Assembly (NCBI GenBank): GCA_003228175.2
Contig: QGNQ01000003.1
Coordinates: 28,360 to 92,359, forward strand
Direction of reading: 5' to 3'
DNA: 64,000 nt
From: Chloroflexota bacterium
GTDB taxonomy: Bacteria; Chloroflexota; Dehalococcoidia; Bin125
This document shows positions 37,800 to 48,930 of the stretch, one piece after another. The notes below the pieces were generated by a model. That model had not been told where the DNA came from, did not search any database, and was given only the letters and a program-made list of their open reading frames with translations. Every line of letters begins with the position of its first letter. Position 1 is the stretch's first letter. Both the position numbers and the translations under genes were made by a program.

Positions 37800-39371
37800 A
37801 TGACGGTCGAAGAGTACGGCGTACAGCGGGACACGGGCCTGCAAGAGTTGGCGCGTCGCCGCGCGGAGAGCCTGGAAGCCGGCGGCGAGGCCGCCATCGC
37901 GCGGCAGCACGAGCGCGGCAAGCTGACCGCCTACGAGCGCTTGGCGGTCCTCTTCGACGAGGGCACCTTCCAGGAACTCGACCCGTTCGTCACGCACCGC
38001 GCGACGCGCTTTGGCCTGGCCAGCCGGCGGCCGCCGGGCGACGCCATTGTGACCGGACACGGATTAATCAACGGACGCACGGTGTTCGCCTACGCGCAGG
38101 ACTTCACCGTCTTCGGTGGCTCGCTCTCGGAAGTCGTGGCCGAGAAGATCGTCAAAGTGCAGGACATGTCGATGAAGGTGGGCGCCCCGATCGTCGCGCT
38201 CCAGGACGGTGGCGGGGCGCGGATCCAGGAGGGCGTCTCCTCCCTGCGGGGCTACGGGGACATCTTCCTGCGCAACACCCTGGCATCGGGTGTGGTGCCG
38301 CAGATCTCGGTCAGCTGCGGGCCCACAGCGGGCGGCGGTGTCTACTCCCCCGCGATCACCGACTTCGTCTTCATGGAGTCGGGCAGCGGCCAGATGTACA
38401 TCACGGGCCCGGACGTCGTGCGGACGGTGACGCATGAAGATGTGACGCACGAGGAGTTGGGCGGGGCGCAGGCACACGCGACCAAGAGCGGTGTCGCGCA
38501 CTTCGCGATCGATGGGGAAGAATCGACGCTGTTCGCCGTCCGGGACCTGCTTTCGTATTTGCCATCCAACAACATGGAAACGCCGCCGTGGGTCCTGCCT
38601 CGGGACGACCCCGACCGAAGTACCCCAGAGTTCGCCGAGCTGGTGCCCAGCGCGCCCGACGAGCCCTACGACATCCGCGATGTGATGCGCGGCCTGGTGG
38701 ACGATGGCGACCTGATGGAGGTGCACGAGCACTGGGCGCGCAATATCGCGGTGGGCTTCGCGCGGATGGGCGGCTACACGGTGGGCTTGGTGGGCAACTC
38801 GCCCAACGTGCTGGCCGGCGTGCTGGACATTGACGCCTCACGCAAGGCGGCGCGATTCGTCCGCTTCTGCGACTGCTTCAACATTCCGCTGGTCACGCTG
38901 ATCGATGTGCCGGGCTATTTGCCGGGCACTGTGCAGGAGCACGGCGGCATTATCACGCATGGTGCCAAGCTGATTTACGCCTACGCGGAAGCGACGGTGC
39001 CCAAGATCGCCGTGACCCTGCGCAAAGCCTATGGCGGCGCCTACGTAGTAATGAGCAGCAAGCACCTGCGGTCCGATATCAACCTCGCCTGGCCCAACGC
39101 CGAGATTGCGGTGATGGGCGCGGAGGGCGCGGTGAACATCATCCAGCGCCGGCAAATCGCCGCGGCCGAGGATCCGGAAGCGGAGCGCCAGCGACTGATC
39201 GCCGAATACGAGGCGGAGTTCAAGAACCCGTACCAGGCGGCGGAGCTGGGCTACATCGACGATGTGATCGACCCCAAGGACACCCGCCGGCGGGTGATTC
39301 GCTCGTTGGAGATGTTGAAGAACAAGTCCGATCAGAGCCCGCCGAAGAAACACGGCAATATTCCGCTCTGA
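37800..39371 (+). CDS. pccB: Acyl-CoA (propionyl/methylmalonyl-CoA) carboxylase carboxyltransferase subunit
   Basis: GKLTA.ER, QDFTVFGGSL, GGARIQEG, DVPGYLPG, RKAYGGAY, KKHGNIPL. Confidence 0.92.
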   Translation: MTVEEYGVQRDTGLQELARRRAESLEAGGEAAIARQHERGKLTAYERLAVLFDEGTFQELDPFVTHRATRFGLASRRPPGDAIVTGHGLINGRTVFAYAQDFTVFGGSLSEVVAEKIVKVQDMSMKVGAPIVALQDGGGARIQEGVSSLRGYGDIFLRNTLASGVVPQISVSCGPTAGGGVYSPAITDFVFMESGSGQMYITGPDVVRTVTHEDVTHEELGGAQAHATKSGVAHFAIDGEESTLFAVRDLLSYLPSNNMETPPWVLPRDDPDRSTPEFAELVPSAPDEPYDIRDVMRGLVDDGDLMEVHEHWARNIAVGFARMGGYTVGLVGNSPNVLAGVLDIDASRKAARFVRFCDCFNIPLVTLIDVPGYLPGTVQEHGGIITHGAKLIYAYAEATVPKIAVTLRKAYGGAYVVMSSKHLRSDINLAWPNAEIAVMGAEGAVNIIQRRQIAAAEDPEAERQRLIAEYEAEFKNPYQAAELGYIDDVIDPKDTRRRVIRSLEMLKNKSDQSPPKKHGNIPL

Positions 39372-39621
39372 TCGACTCGCCGCCGAACGGCCGCTTGCGC
39401 CGATCGGCCGGCGATCAGACACACGACGGCGCCGCGAGACGCCCCGCGCCCGGCGCGGCTGTGCGTGGGTTAGGCCTGTGCGTGAGGATGCACTGCGTAG
39501 ACGCACGGTTGGTAGAATGCCGGTGGTCGCGCTCCCAGCCCTTGCTGGACGACGCTCGTCGACGCCGGCGGACGTGCCGCGGCGGGGGCATGCGCGAGCG
39601 CCCAGCGGCCGAGGAGTACCC

Positions 39622-41907
39622 ATGCCCATCTACGAGCCGGACACGGTTGAGCGAATCGGGCGCGCCTACGAGCGCGCGACGGCGTCGATCGCGATCGCAC
39701 GGCAGCGGCTCCAGCGCCCCCTGACGCTGGCGGAGAAGATCCTCTTCGCGCACATGTCGAAGCCCGAGACGCAGGGACTGGAGCGGGGGGACGACTACGC
39801 CGATCTGCAACCGGACCGCGTGGCGCTGCAGGACGCGACGGCCCAGATGGCGCTGTTGCAGTTCGATCTGGCCGGGCTGCAGCGGGTACAAGCGCCAACG
39901 ACGGTGCATTGCGACCACCTGATTCAGGCTCGCATTGGCGCTGAGTCCGACCTGCTGGCGGCCGTGGACGAGAACAAGGAGGTCTATGACTTCCTGGAGA
40001 GCGCCGCCGCACGGTACGGGGCGGGGTTCTGGAAGCCGGGCTCCGGCATCATTCACCAGGTCATCTTCGAGAACTACGCGTTCCCCGGCGGACTGATGAT
40101 CGGCACCGACAGCCACACCCCCAACGCGGGCGGCATGGGCATGCTGGCGATCGGCGTGGGCGGCGCGGATGCCGTGGACGTGATGGCCGGGCTCGACTGG
40201 GGCGTGACGATGCCGAAGCTGATCGGCGTGCGCTTGCTGGGGGAGCTCTCTGGCTGGACATCGCCCAAGGACGTGATCTTGCGCGTGGCGGACGAACTGA
40301 CCGTCAAGGGCGGCACGGGTGCGATCGTCGAATACTTCGGGTCCGGGGTCGCCTCGCTGAGCGCGACGGGCCGCGGCACCGTAACGAACATGGGCGCCGA
40401 GATCGGCGCGACAACCTCCGTGTTCCCGTTCGACGCGGCGACGGCGCGCTACCTGCGGGCTACAGGCCGAGAGGCGGTCGCGGACTTGGCCGAGGCGAAC
40501 GCCGCCAATCTGACCGCGGACCCCGAAGTGGACGCGCAGCGCGAGGCAATCTTCGATCAGGTGATCGAGATCGACCTGAGCACGCTGGAGCCCGCCTGGG
40601 TGGGACCGCACACCCCCGACCTGCGGCACACCGCGTCCGAAGTGGGCCCCTGGGCCGAATCGCAGGACTACCCGCTGGCGATCAAGGACGCGCTGATCGG
40701 CTCCTGCACGAATAGCTCCTACGAGGACTTGAGCCGTGCGGCGAGCCTGGCGCGCCAGGCGGCGGCGGCGGGCCTCCGGGTGCAAGTGCCGCTGCTGGTC
40801 ACGCCGGGATCGGAGCAGGTCCGCGCGACGGTCGAACGCGACGGCCAGATCGCGGCCTTCGAAAGCGTGGGCGGCACCGTGCTCGCCAACGCCTGCGGTC
40901 CCTGCATTGGCCAGTGGAAGCGCGAGGACATCGCCAAGGGCGAGAAGAACACGATCGTGACCTCCTTCAATCGCAACTTCCCGGCCCGCAACGACGCCAA
41001 CCCCCAGACGCTGGCCTTCATTGGCAGCCCCGAGATGGTGGTCGCGGCCGCGTTTGCGGGGCGCCTGGGCTTCGACCCGCGCACGGACTCGATCCCGCTC
41101 AACGGCGACAGCTTCCGCTTCGATCCGCCCCAGGGCGACGAACTCCCGCGCGACGGCTACGAGCTGGGCGACGCGGGCTTCGTGCCACCCCCCGCGCACG
41201 GCGGCGACGTGCAGGTCGTTGTGGGGGAGAACAGCAGCCGGCTACAGCGGCTCACGCCGTGGCAACCCTGGGACGGCAAGGATGTCGAGAATTGCGCGAT
41301 TCTCTTGAAGTCCGTGGGCAAGACGACGACGGACCACATCTCGCCCGCCGGGCCCTGGCTGCGCTTCCGTGGCCACTTGGACAACATCTCCGACAACACC
41401 TTTACGGGCGTGAACAACGCCTTCGCGTCGCAGGCGGGGACGGGCAACAACGTGCTCAACGGTGAGCAGGGGATGCTGCTGCCGGACATCGCGCGCGCCT
41501 ACAAGATGGCCGGGCAGTCGTGGGTGGTGATCGGCGACGAAAACTTTGGCGAGGGGTCGAGCCGGGAGCACGCGGCCATGCAGCCGCGGCACTTGGGCGC
41601 CGTGGCGGTCATCGTGCGCAGCTTCGCTCGCATCGCCGAGACGAACCTCAAGAAGCAGGGGCTACTGCCGCTGCGCTTCGCGGACCCGGCGGACTACGAC
41701 AAGTTCGGCCAGGACGACCGCGTCAGCATCCGGGGCCTGCAGTCGCTCGCGCCGGGAACGCCGCTGACGGTCGAGATCCGGCGCCCGGACGGGAGCACAG
41801 AGAGCATCGAGGTGACGCATTCGTTCACGGAGCAACAAGTCGGCTGGTTCCGTGCCGGTGGCGCTCTGAACGAGATCGCGACGGCGCAGCAGGCAGCGAC
41901 GCAGTAA
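39622..41907 (+). CDS. Aconitate hydratase (mitochondrial-like type)
   Basis: DRVALQDATAQMA, HCDHLI, GTDSHTPNAGG, IGSCTNSSYED, NACGPCIGQW, TTDHISPAG, GSSREHAA. Confidence 0.95.
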   Translation: MPIYEPDTVERIGRAYERATASIAIARQRLQRPLTLAEKILFAHMSKPETQGLERGDDYADLQPDRVALQDATAQMALLQFDLAGLQRVQAPTTVHCDHLIQARIGAESDLLAAVDENKEVYDFLESAAARYGAGFWKPGSGIIHQVIFENYAFPGGLMIGTDSHTPNAGGMGMLAIGVGGADAVDVMAGLDWGVTMPKLIGVRLLGELSGWTSPKDVILRVADELTVKGGTGAIVEYFGSGVASLSATGRGTVTNMGAEIGATTSVFPFDAATARYLRATGREAVADLAEANAANLTADPEVDAQREAIFDQVIEIDLSTLEPAWVGPHTPDLRHTASEVGPWAESQDYPLAIKDALIGSCTNSSYEDLSRAASLARQAAAAGLRVQVPLLVTPGSEQVRATVERDGQIAAFESVGGTVLANACGPCIGQWKREDIAKGEKNTIVTSFNRNFPARNDANPQTLAFIGSPEMVVAAAFAGRLGFDPRTDSIPLNGDSFRFDPPQGDELPRDGYELGDAGFVPPPAHGGDVQVVVGENSSRLQRLTPWQPWDGKDVENCAILLKSVGKTTTDHISPAGPWLRFRGHLDNISDNTFTGVNNAFASQAGTGNNVLNGEQGMLLPDIARAYKMAGQSWVVIGDENFGEGSSREHAAMQPRHLGAVAVIVRSFARIAETNLKKQGLLPLRFADPADYDKFGQDDRVSIRGLQSLAPGTPLTVEIRRPDGSTESIEVTHSFTEQQVGWFRAGGALNEIATAQQAATQ

Positions 41908-41953
41908 TCGGCAGAAAACGGCGATCGGCGGTCCTCGCCAGCGCCATCAATAG

Positions 41954-43042
<1,089 letters not shown>

Positions 43043-43106
43043 TCACGGCCCGACACCGCGGCGGGACTGATTGTTGGTTGCCGCCGCCCGGCCAGAAGGA
43101 TCTGAG

Positions 43107-44495
43107 ATGAGCGACGTCCGCATCGAATCCGACACGATGGGCCAGGTAGAGGTGCAGGCGGACCGCTACTGGGGCGCGCAGACCCAACGCTCGCTGCAGA
43201 ACTTCAAGATCGGCGGCGAGCGCATGCCGCGGCCGATCATCCGTGGGCTGGGGATCGTCAAGCACGCCTCGGCGTCGGCCAACGAGTCGCTGGGCAAGCT
43301 CGACGCGGAGCGCGCGAACGCGATCCGTCGGGCAGCGCAGGAGGTGATCGACGGGACGCTCGACGAGCACTTCCCGCTGGTCGTCTGGCAGACCGGCTCC
43401 GGCACGCAGAGCAACATGAACGGCAACGAGGTCATCTCCAACCGGGCGATCGAGCTGCTGGGCGGGGAGCGGGGCTCGAAGGACCCGGTGCACCCCAACG
43501 ACCACGTCAACATGTCGCAGTCCTCGAACGACGTGTTCCCGGGCGCGATGTCAGTCGCGACGGCGGAGCAGGTCGTGAACGAGCTCGTGCCGGCGCTGAC
43601 CAAGCTGCGCGACGCCCTGCACGCGAAGGCCGAGGCGTTCGACGCCATCGTCAAGATCGGTCGCACGCACCTGATGGACGCCGTGCCGCTGACGCTGGGC
43701 CAGGAGTTCTCCGGCTACGTGCAGCAGGTGACATACAGCATCGCGCGCGTCGAGGGGACCCTGCCGCGGCTGTACGAGCTGGCCCTGGGCGGCACCGCGG
43801 TGGGCACGGGGATCAACTCGCACCCCGACTACGCCGTCAAGGTGGCGGAGGAGATCAGCACGATCACGGACCTGCCGTTCGTGACGGCGCCGAACAAGTT
43901 CGAGTCGCTGGCCGCACACGACGCCCAGGTCGAGCTGGCCGGCCAGCTGACCACGATCGCCGCGTCGCTGATGAAGATCGCCAACGACGTGCGCATGCTG
44001 GGCTCCGGCCCGCGCGCGGGCATCGGCGAGCTAATGCTGCCCGCCAACGAGCCGGGCTCGAGCATCATGCCGGGCAAGGTCAACCCCACGCAGTCGGAGG
44101 CCATGACGATGGTCTGCGCGCAGGTGATCGGCAACGGCACGACGGTCGCCGTCGGTGGCGCGACGGGCCACTTCGAGCTCAACGTCTTCAAGCCGGTGAT
44201 GGCCTACAACAATCTGCAAAGCATCCGCCTGCTGGCCGACGCGGCGGTGTCGTTCACGGACAACTGCGTGGTGGGGATCGAGCCGAACCGGGCGCGGATC
44301 GACGAGCTGATGCGGCAGTCGTTGATGCTGGTCACGGCGCTGAACCCGCACATCGGCTACGACAACGCGGCCAAGATCGCGAAGGCCGCGCATGAGTCGG
44401 GCGGGATGCTCAAAGAGACCGGCGTCGAGCTGGGCCTCCTCACCGCGGAGCAGTTCGACGAGTGGGTGCAGCCGGAGAAGATGACCAGGCCGTAA
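43107..44495 (+). CDS. fumC: Fumarate hydratase class II
   Basis: [40 protein letters not shown]. Confidence 0.97.
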   Translation: MSDVRIESDTMGQVEVQADRYWGAQTQRSLQNFKIGGERMPRPIIRGLGIVKHASASANESLGKLDAERANAIRRAAQEVIDGTLDEHFPLVVWQTGSGTQSNMNGNEVISNRAIELLGGERGSKDPVHPNDHVNMSQSSNDVFPGAMSVATAEQVVNELVPALTKLRDALHAKAEAFDAIVKIGRTHLMDAVPLTLGQEFSGYVQQVTYSIARVEGTLPRLYELALGGTAVGTGINSHPDYAVKVAEEISTITDLPFVTAPNKFESLAAHDAQVELAGQLTTIAASLMKIANDVRMLGSGPRAGIGELMLPANEPGSSIMPGKVNPTQSEAMTMVCAQVIGNGTTVAVGGATGHFELNVFKPVMAYNNLQSIRLLADAAVSFTDNCVVGIEPNRARIDELMRQSLMLVTALNPHIGYDNAAKIAKAAHESGGMLKETGVELGLLTAEQFDEWVQPEKMTRP

Positions 44496-44553
44496 CCCCG
44501 CCTCGCGCGCTACGCTCTGCCGACCGAGTCGGACGTAGCGCAAGGAGCGAGCG

Positions 44554-45648
44554 ATGGGCACGCAGGCACGAGTGGTCGTACTCCCCCCGGGGACGCAAGA
44601 ATTGCGGGTGGAGGATCTAGAGCTGCCGGAGCCCGGTCCGACGCAGGTGGTGATCAAGCAGTTCGCCTCGGGCGTCTGTCACTCGCAGCTGCATCAGATG
44701 CACCGGGAGCGAACCGCGCCGACCGTGCTCGGTCACGAGTCGACGGGCGTCGTCCTCCAGACCGGATCCGACGTTAGCCACGTGCAGGAGGGCGACACGG
44801 TCCTGGTGACCTGGGTCCCCCGCGACGCCGCTTCGGCGGACACCCCTCCGGCCCCGCTGGAGATCCCGGTCATCGGCAGCCTCGCGAGAGCACAGGGCGT
44901 CTTCACCTGGGCCGACCACACAATCTGCGACGGCCAGTACGTCGTCAAGGTCGATGCCAGCACGCCGCACGACGTGACCGCGATCATCGGTTGCGCGGTG
45001 ATGACGGGCGCGGGCGCCGTCGTGAACTCGGCCGGCGTGCAGCCGGGCGAGAGCGTCGCCGTCTTCGGGGTGGGCGGCGTGGGGCTGTCGGCGGTAGTGG
45101 GCGCGAAGGTGGCGGGCGCGGACCCGATCATCGCCGTCGACTTGGACGAGGCAAAGCTGGAGTTCGCCAAGCGCTTCGGGGCCACGCACACGTTTAACGC
45201 CTCCAAAGTCGACCCGGTCGCGGCGGTGCATGATCTGACGCCACATCCCGGTGAGTTCACGATCTCGCAGCACCCCGTCTCCGGCGCCGACTTCGCCTTC
45301 GACTGCATCGGTGTCCGGCAGACGATGGAGCAGATCGTGCCGGCGGTGCGGCCGGGGAACTTCGGCGTCCGGGCGGGCGGGACGGCAGTTCTCGTGGGGG
45401 TGCCGAGCACGCCGGTCGAGCTCGTCGCGGGCGACGTGCTGGTCAGCGAGAAGCGCTTCATCGGCAGCATCGGCGGCTCCTGCGTGCCTGAGCGCGATTT
45501 CCCGATGTTCCTGGAGTGGCATCGCGACGGGCGGCTGGACCTGGAGGCAATGGTGACGGCACGCTACGGCATCGACGAGATCAACGAGGCGACGCGGGCG
45601 CTGGCCGCCGGGGAGATCAGCGGCCGGGCGATCCTGGAATTCGCCTAG
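44554..45648 (+). CDS. Zn-dependent alcohol dehydrogenase (MDR)
   Basis: GVCHS, LGHE, IGCAVMTGAGA, FGVGGVG. Confidence 0.88.
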   Translation: MGTQARVVVLPPGTQELRVEDLELPEPGPTQVVIKQFASGVCHSQLHQMHRERTAPTVLGHESTGVVLQTGSDVSHVQEGDTVLVTWVPRDAASADTPPAPLEIPVIGSLARAQGVFTWADHTICDGQYVVKVDASTPHDVTAIIGCAVMTGAGAVVNSAGVQPGESVAVFGVGGVGLSAVVGAKVAGADPIIAVDLDEAKLEFAKRFGATHTFNASKVDPVAAVHDLTPHPGEFTISQHPVSGADFAFDCIGVRQTMEQIVPAVRPGNFGVRAGGTAVLVGVPSTPVELVAGDVLVSEKRFIGSIGGSCVPERDFPMFLEWHRDGRLDLEAMVTARYGIDEINEATRALAAGEISGRAILEFA

Positions 45649-45688
45649 GCGCTCGGCCACTTCAAACACTGGAGTCAGTCTCTGACGA

Positions 45689-45910
45689 CGGAGAGCGCCT
45701 ATGAACAGGGCGTTTTCAGATTCGGTACCTCTTTATGTCGTGTCCTTACGCGAACATTGCACGCGAGGCGGAACCGGCTTTCCGGGCCCAGCGTTTTGTT
45801 GTCAGGAGGGCCATCGAAAGCGGGACCGATCAGTACCGTCACCCCGCCCGCCTTCCTCCGGCTCCCCGGCTGGAGGAAATGCCGATTCGGTCTCGCCGCT
45901 CTCCGGACCA
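45689..45910 (+). ncRNA. Candidate structured non-coding RNA, class and strand unassigned
   Basis: 9-bp end-to-end complementarity CGGAGAGCG/CGCTCTCCG followed by GACCA; internal 10-bp hairpin; strong terminator immediately after. Confidence 0.35.
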
Positions 45911-45912
45911 TT

Positions 45913-45952
45913 ACGAGCCGTTCGACTTCGGTCGAGCGGCTCGTTTTGGTTT
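45913..45952 (+). terminator. Intrinsic terminator
   Basis: ACGAGCCGTTCGAC-TTCG-GTCGAGCGGCTCGT, a 14-bp stem with cUUCGg loop, then TTTGGTTT. Confidence 0.75.
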
Positions 45953-46050
45953 GCCCCTTGGGGGGTGTTGGTATTTGAGGGAGATTCCCCCTCGATCTAG
46001 GCTGGGGCCGACGCGGCCAACCGGGCCGCAACTTGCGACAGGGGGCGCGC

Positions 46051-46881
46051 ATGACCACCACATCGATCGCTGCTAGCTACGAACGCGACGGCTTCGTCTC
46101 GCCGATCGAGTTACTGAGCGAGGCGGAAGCGGTCGCGTTGCGCGCCGATCTGGAGGCGGGGGAGGCCGAACTCGCGGATCAACCCGACAAGCTCGCGCTG
46201 CTGCGCGGGAACCTGCCGCAGATCCTGCCTTCCTTCGCGGCGCTGGTCCGCCAGCCGCGTCTGATCGACATGGTCTCGCAGGTACTGGGCCCGGACCTGC
46301 TGGTCTGGGGCACGAACACGTTTATCAAAGAGCCGCGCACGCCCAATCACCTGAGCTGGCACCAGGACCTGACCTATTGGGGCCTGGACGACGAACAGGA
46401 GCTGACCGCCTGGGTGGCGCTCTCCCCGGCGACGACGGCGAGCGGCTGTATGCGCTTCGTGGCGGGCAGTCACGCCCGCCCCATCGTGCCGCACGTGGAC
46501 ACCTTTGCGCAGAACAACATGCTCACGCGCGGGCAGGAGATCGCCGTCGATGTGGATGAGGCGGAGGCGACGGACGTGGAGCTGCGCCCGGGCCAGTGCT
46601 CGATGCACCACGGCCACCTCTTCCACGCCTCCGGCCCTAACAGCAGCGACGACCGCCGCATCGGCATCGCGGTGCGTTACATCACCCCGGCGATGGCGAT
46701 GCAGGGTGGCGAACGCCCACTGGCGTCGCTGGTCAGCGGAGAGGATCGCTACGGGCATTTCGAGCTGATGCCGCCGCCGGCGGGGCGGCTGCAGGAGGCC
46801 GACTTTGCGCGCGTGCGCCGGCACCAAGCGATCATGCGCCCGATCCTCTTCCAGGGCGCCGACGAGTCGAAGCGGGGTTAG
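46051..46881 (+). CDS. Phytanoyl-CoA dioxygenase (PhyH) family Fe(II)/2OG oxygenase
   Basis: YERDGF, WHQDLTYW, TAWVAL, GCMRFVAGSH, HASGPN..DRRIG. Confidence 0.9.
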   Translation: MTTTSIAASYERDGFVSPIELLSEAEAVALRADLEAGEAELADQPDKLALLRGNLPQILPSFAALVRQPRLIDMVSQVLGPDLLVWGTNTFIKEPRTPNHLSWHQDLTYWGLDDEQELTAWVALSPATTASGCMRFVAGSHARPIVPHVDTFAQNNMLTRGQEIAVDVDEAEATDVELRPGQCSMHHGHLFHASGPNSSDDRRIGIAVRYITPAMAMQGGERPLASLVSGEDRYGHFELMPPPAGRLQEADFARVRRHQAIMRPILFQGADESKRG

Positions 46882-46954
46882 TGGACCTCGCCGGAGCCGC
46901 ATACTCCGCGGCGGCGCACTCGGACCAACCGCGCTCCCGGCGCGGCGCGGCCGG

Positions 46955-47830
46955 CTAGATGCCGGCCTTTTCGAGCAGCGGCTTGGTGTTGACGACGTGG
47001 CGGTTGAGGCCGAGCTTCTCCGGCTCGATACCCATGGCCAGGCCGATCAGCTGCGGGATATGCAGGATCGGCAGGTCCAGCTTGCGCTTGATCACGCGGG
47101 CGGCGTCGGCCTGCTGGGCGTCCAGGTTGAGGTGGCAGAGGGGGCAGGGCGTGACGAGCGCGTCGGCGCCTTTGTCCTGCGCCTCACCCAGATGCGTCCC
47201 CGCCATGGTCAGCGAATTCTTCTTGTTGGTGGTCAGGATGGGGAAGCCGCAGCACTTGGTCATGCCGTCGTAGGTGACCGATGTGGCGCCGACCAGTTCG
47301 ATCGCGGCCTCCAGGCTGCGACGGCGGTGCGGCTGCTTGTCGAAGCCCAGGACGCGCTCGGGACGCAGGATGTAGCAGCCGTAGAACGGGCCCAGGTTGA
47401 GCTCGGTGAGGGGGGTGGTGATGAGGTGGTTGAGCTTGCCCGCCTCCAGGTCCTCCAGAAGGATCCAGAGCAGGTGTCGCGGCTCCACACTGCCCTCGTA
47501 CGACAGCCCTTCAGGCGCCAGACGCTGGTTGATCTGTGCACGGTAGTCGGCGTTGCCCAGCTTCTCTTGGGCAAGGCTGTGCACACCGACGCAGGTGGAG
47601 CAGATGTCCATCAAGGGCAGGTCCATCTGCTCCGCCATGGCCAAGGTGCGGGCGTTGAGCGTGTCGGCCAGGAAGGGGTCGCCGTCGGAGATGATGCCCG
47701 CCCCGGTGCAGGCGGCCGCGTCCAGTTCGACCAGCTCGATGCCGATGTGCTCGGCCACGGCGAGCGTGGACTTGTAGAGCTCGGGTGCGGCCCCGCGCGC
47801 GACGCAGCCGGGCCAGAAAGCGTATTTCAC
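46955..47830 (-). CDS. CCG-domain (HdrB/SdhE-like) subunit of succinate dehydrogenase/fumarate reductase
   Basis: FWPGC, ACTGAG, ICSTC, FYGCY..RP, KCCGF, TPCPLCHLNLD. Confidence 0.88.
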   Translation of the reverse strand: MKYAFWPGCVARGAAPELYKSTLAVAEHIGIELVELDAAACTGAGIISDGDPFLADTLNARTLAMAEQMDLPLMDICSTCVGVHSLAQEKLGNADYRAQINQRLAPEGLSYEGSVEPRHLLWILLEDLEAGKLNHLITTPLTELNLGPFYGCYILRPERVLGFDKQPHRRRSLEAAIELVGATSVTYDGMTKCCGFPILTTNKKNSLTMAGTHLGEAQDKGADALVTPCPLCHLNLDAQQADAARVIKRKLDLPILHIPQLIGLAMGIEPEKLGLNRHVVNTKPLLEKAGI

Positions 47831-47838
47831 AGGGGCTC

Positions 47839-48879
47839 CTAGCCTTCCAACGCTTCGGCGTAATGGGTGCTAAACGCCGCACGGTTGACGTCGTGATGGT
47901 GCTTGGCGTCTTCAACCTCGTCGAAGATGCGCTTGATCTGCTGCTTGCCCTCTTTGCTGGCCCCGTGCCGCCTGGCCGCGACGAGCAGCTTGCGCGACTT
48001 GAGCAGGCGGATCGCGCCGGGCGTGTAGCCCAACATCTCGGGGATCGCGCCGGGTCGCACCCCGGCCGAGAGGATCGGTAGCGTCGCCTCGTCCAGGCGG
48101 CCACGCTTCTTGACGCCACCGGCGAAGGCCTTGGAGTGGCGGCTGCCGTGGTTGTTGGTGACGCCCGCTTTGATGGCCTCGGTGCGCAGCTCCATGATGG
48201 CGTCCATGGGCAGGACATCCTTGGGGCAGGCCTCGACGCACATGAAGCAGCGGGTGCAGTCCCAAATGCCGCCCTCCATGCGGGAGAGCTTCTCCAGCCG
48301 CTCCTGCCGCTGTGAGTCGCGACTGTCCATCACAAAGCGATAGGCCTTGGCCAGCGCCGCTGGGCCGAGGAACTTTGGGTCGACGGAGGCGACGGTACAG
48401 TCCGAGTAGCAGGCCCCGCAGTGGATGCAGGTGGAGGCGTGCTGCCAGTGGTCGAAGTCGTCCTTGTCCTGGCGATACTCGCGCGCGGGCGGCTCCTGGC
48501 CCTCGAACGGCTTGAGCCAGGTCTGGGCGCGGTCGAATTGCCGCATGAACTTGTCGGTGTCGACGACCAGGTCCTTGATGACGGTTTGATTGCCTTGCGG
48601 GCCAATGTGGATCGGGTTGCCGCGCTCGGCGGCGGCCGGCACTTGGGTCTGGCAGGCCAGCCCGGAGCGGCCGTTGATCTTGATCGCGCAGGAGCCGCAG
48701 ATCGCGTGTCGGCAGGACATGCGCAGCGAGAGCGTGCCGTCCTGGTCCCAGCGAATCATGTTCAGGCAGTCGAGCACGGTTTCGCCGGCCTCGTAGTCAA
48801 CGCTGAACTCTTGCTCATAGGCGCGGTCTTCGACCGGGTCGTACCGGTCAATGACGAACGTCTGCTGCGGCATAGCCAT
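47839..48879 (-). CDS. sdhB: Succinate dehydrogenase/fumarate reductase Fe-S subunit
   Basis: SCRHAICGSC..LAC, CIHCGACYSDC, CTRCFMCVEACP. Confidence 0.92.
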   Translation of the reverse strand: MAMPQQTFVIDRYDPVEDRAYEQEFSVDYEAGETVLDCLNMIRWDQDGTLSLRMSCRHAICGSCAIKINGRSGLACQTQVPAAAERGNPIHIGPQGNQTVIKDLVVDTDKFMRQFDRAQTWLKPFEGQEPPAREYRQDKDDFDHWQHASTCIHCGACYSDCTVASVDPKFLGPAALAKAYRFVMDSRDSQRQERLEKLSRMEGGIWDCTRCFMCVEACPKDVLPMDAIMELRTEAIKAGVTNNHGSRHSKAFAGGVKKRGRLDEATLPILSAGVRPGAIPEMLGYTPGAIRLLKSRKLLVAARRHGASKEGKQQIKRIFDEVEDAKHHHDVNRAAFSTHYAEALEG

Positions 48880-48930
48880 CCTCCATCGCGTCGCTGGCGG
48901 TCGCGGCGCGCCCCTCGGTCGAGGGGCGTG

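Noticed and set aside
45655-45672. CTTCAAA resembling the tRNA-Sec anticodon loop
   Set aside because: The flanks do not pair into an anticodon stem and no cloverleaf can be built.
45897-45990. Permuted tmRNA (ACCA end followed by GGGGGTG...)
   Set aside because: The sequence before ACCA (CTCCGG) cannot form the tmRNA acceptor stem with GGGGGTG, and there is no proper T-loop.
46955-47830. Methanogen-type heterodisulfide reductase
   Set aside because: It is operonic with sdhAB and no hdrA/hdrC is present.
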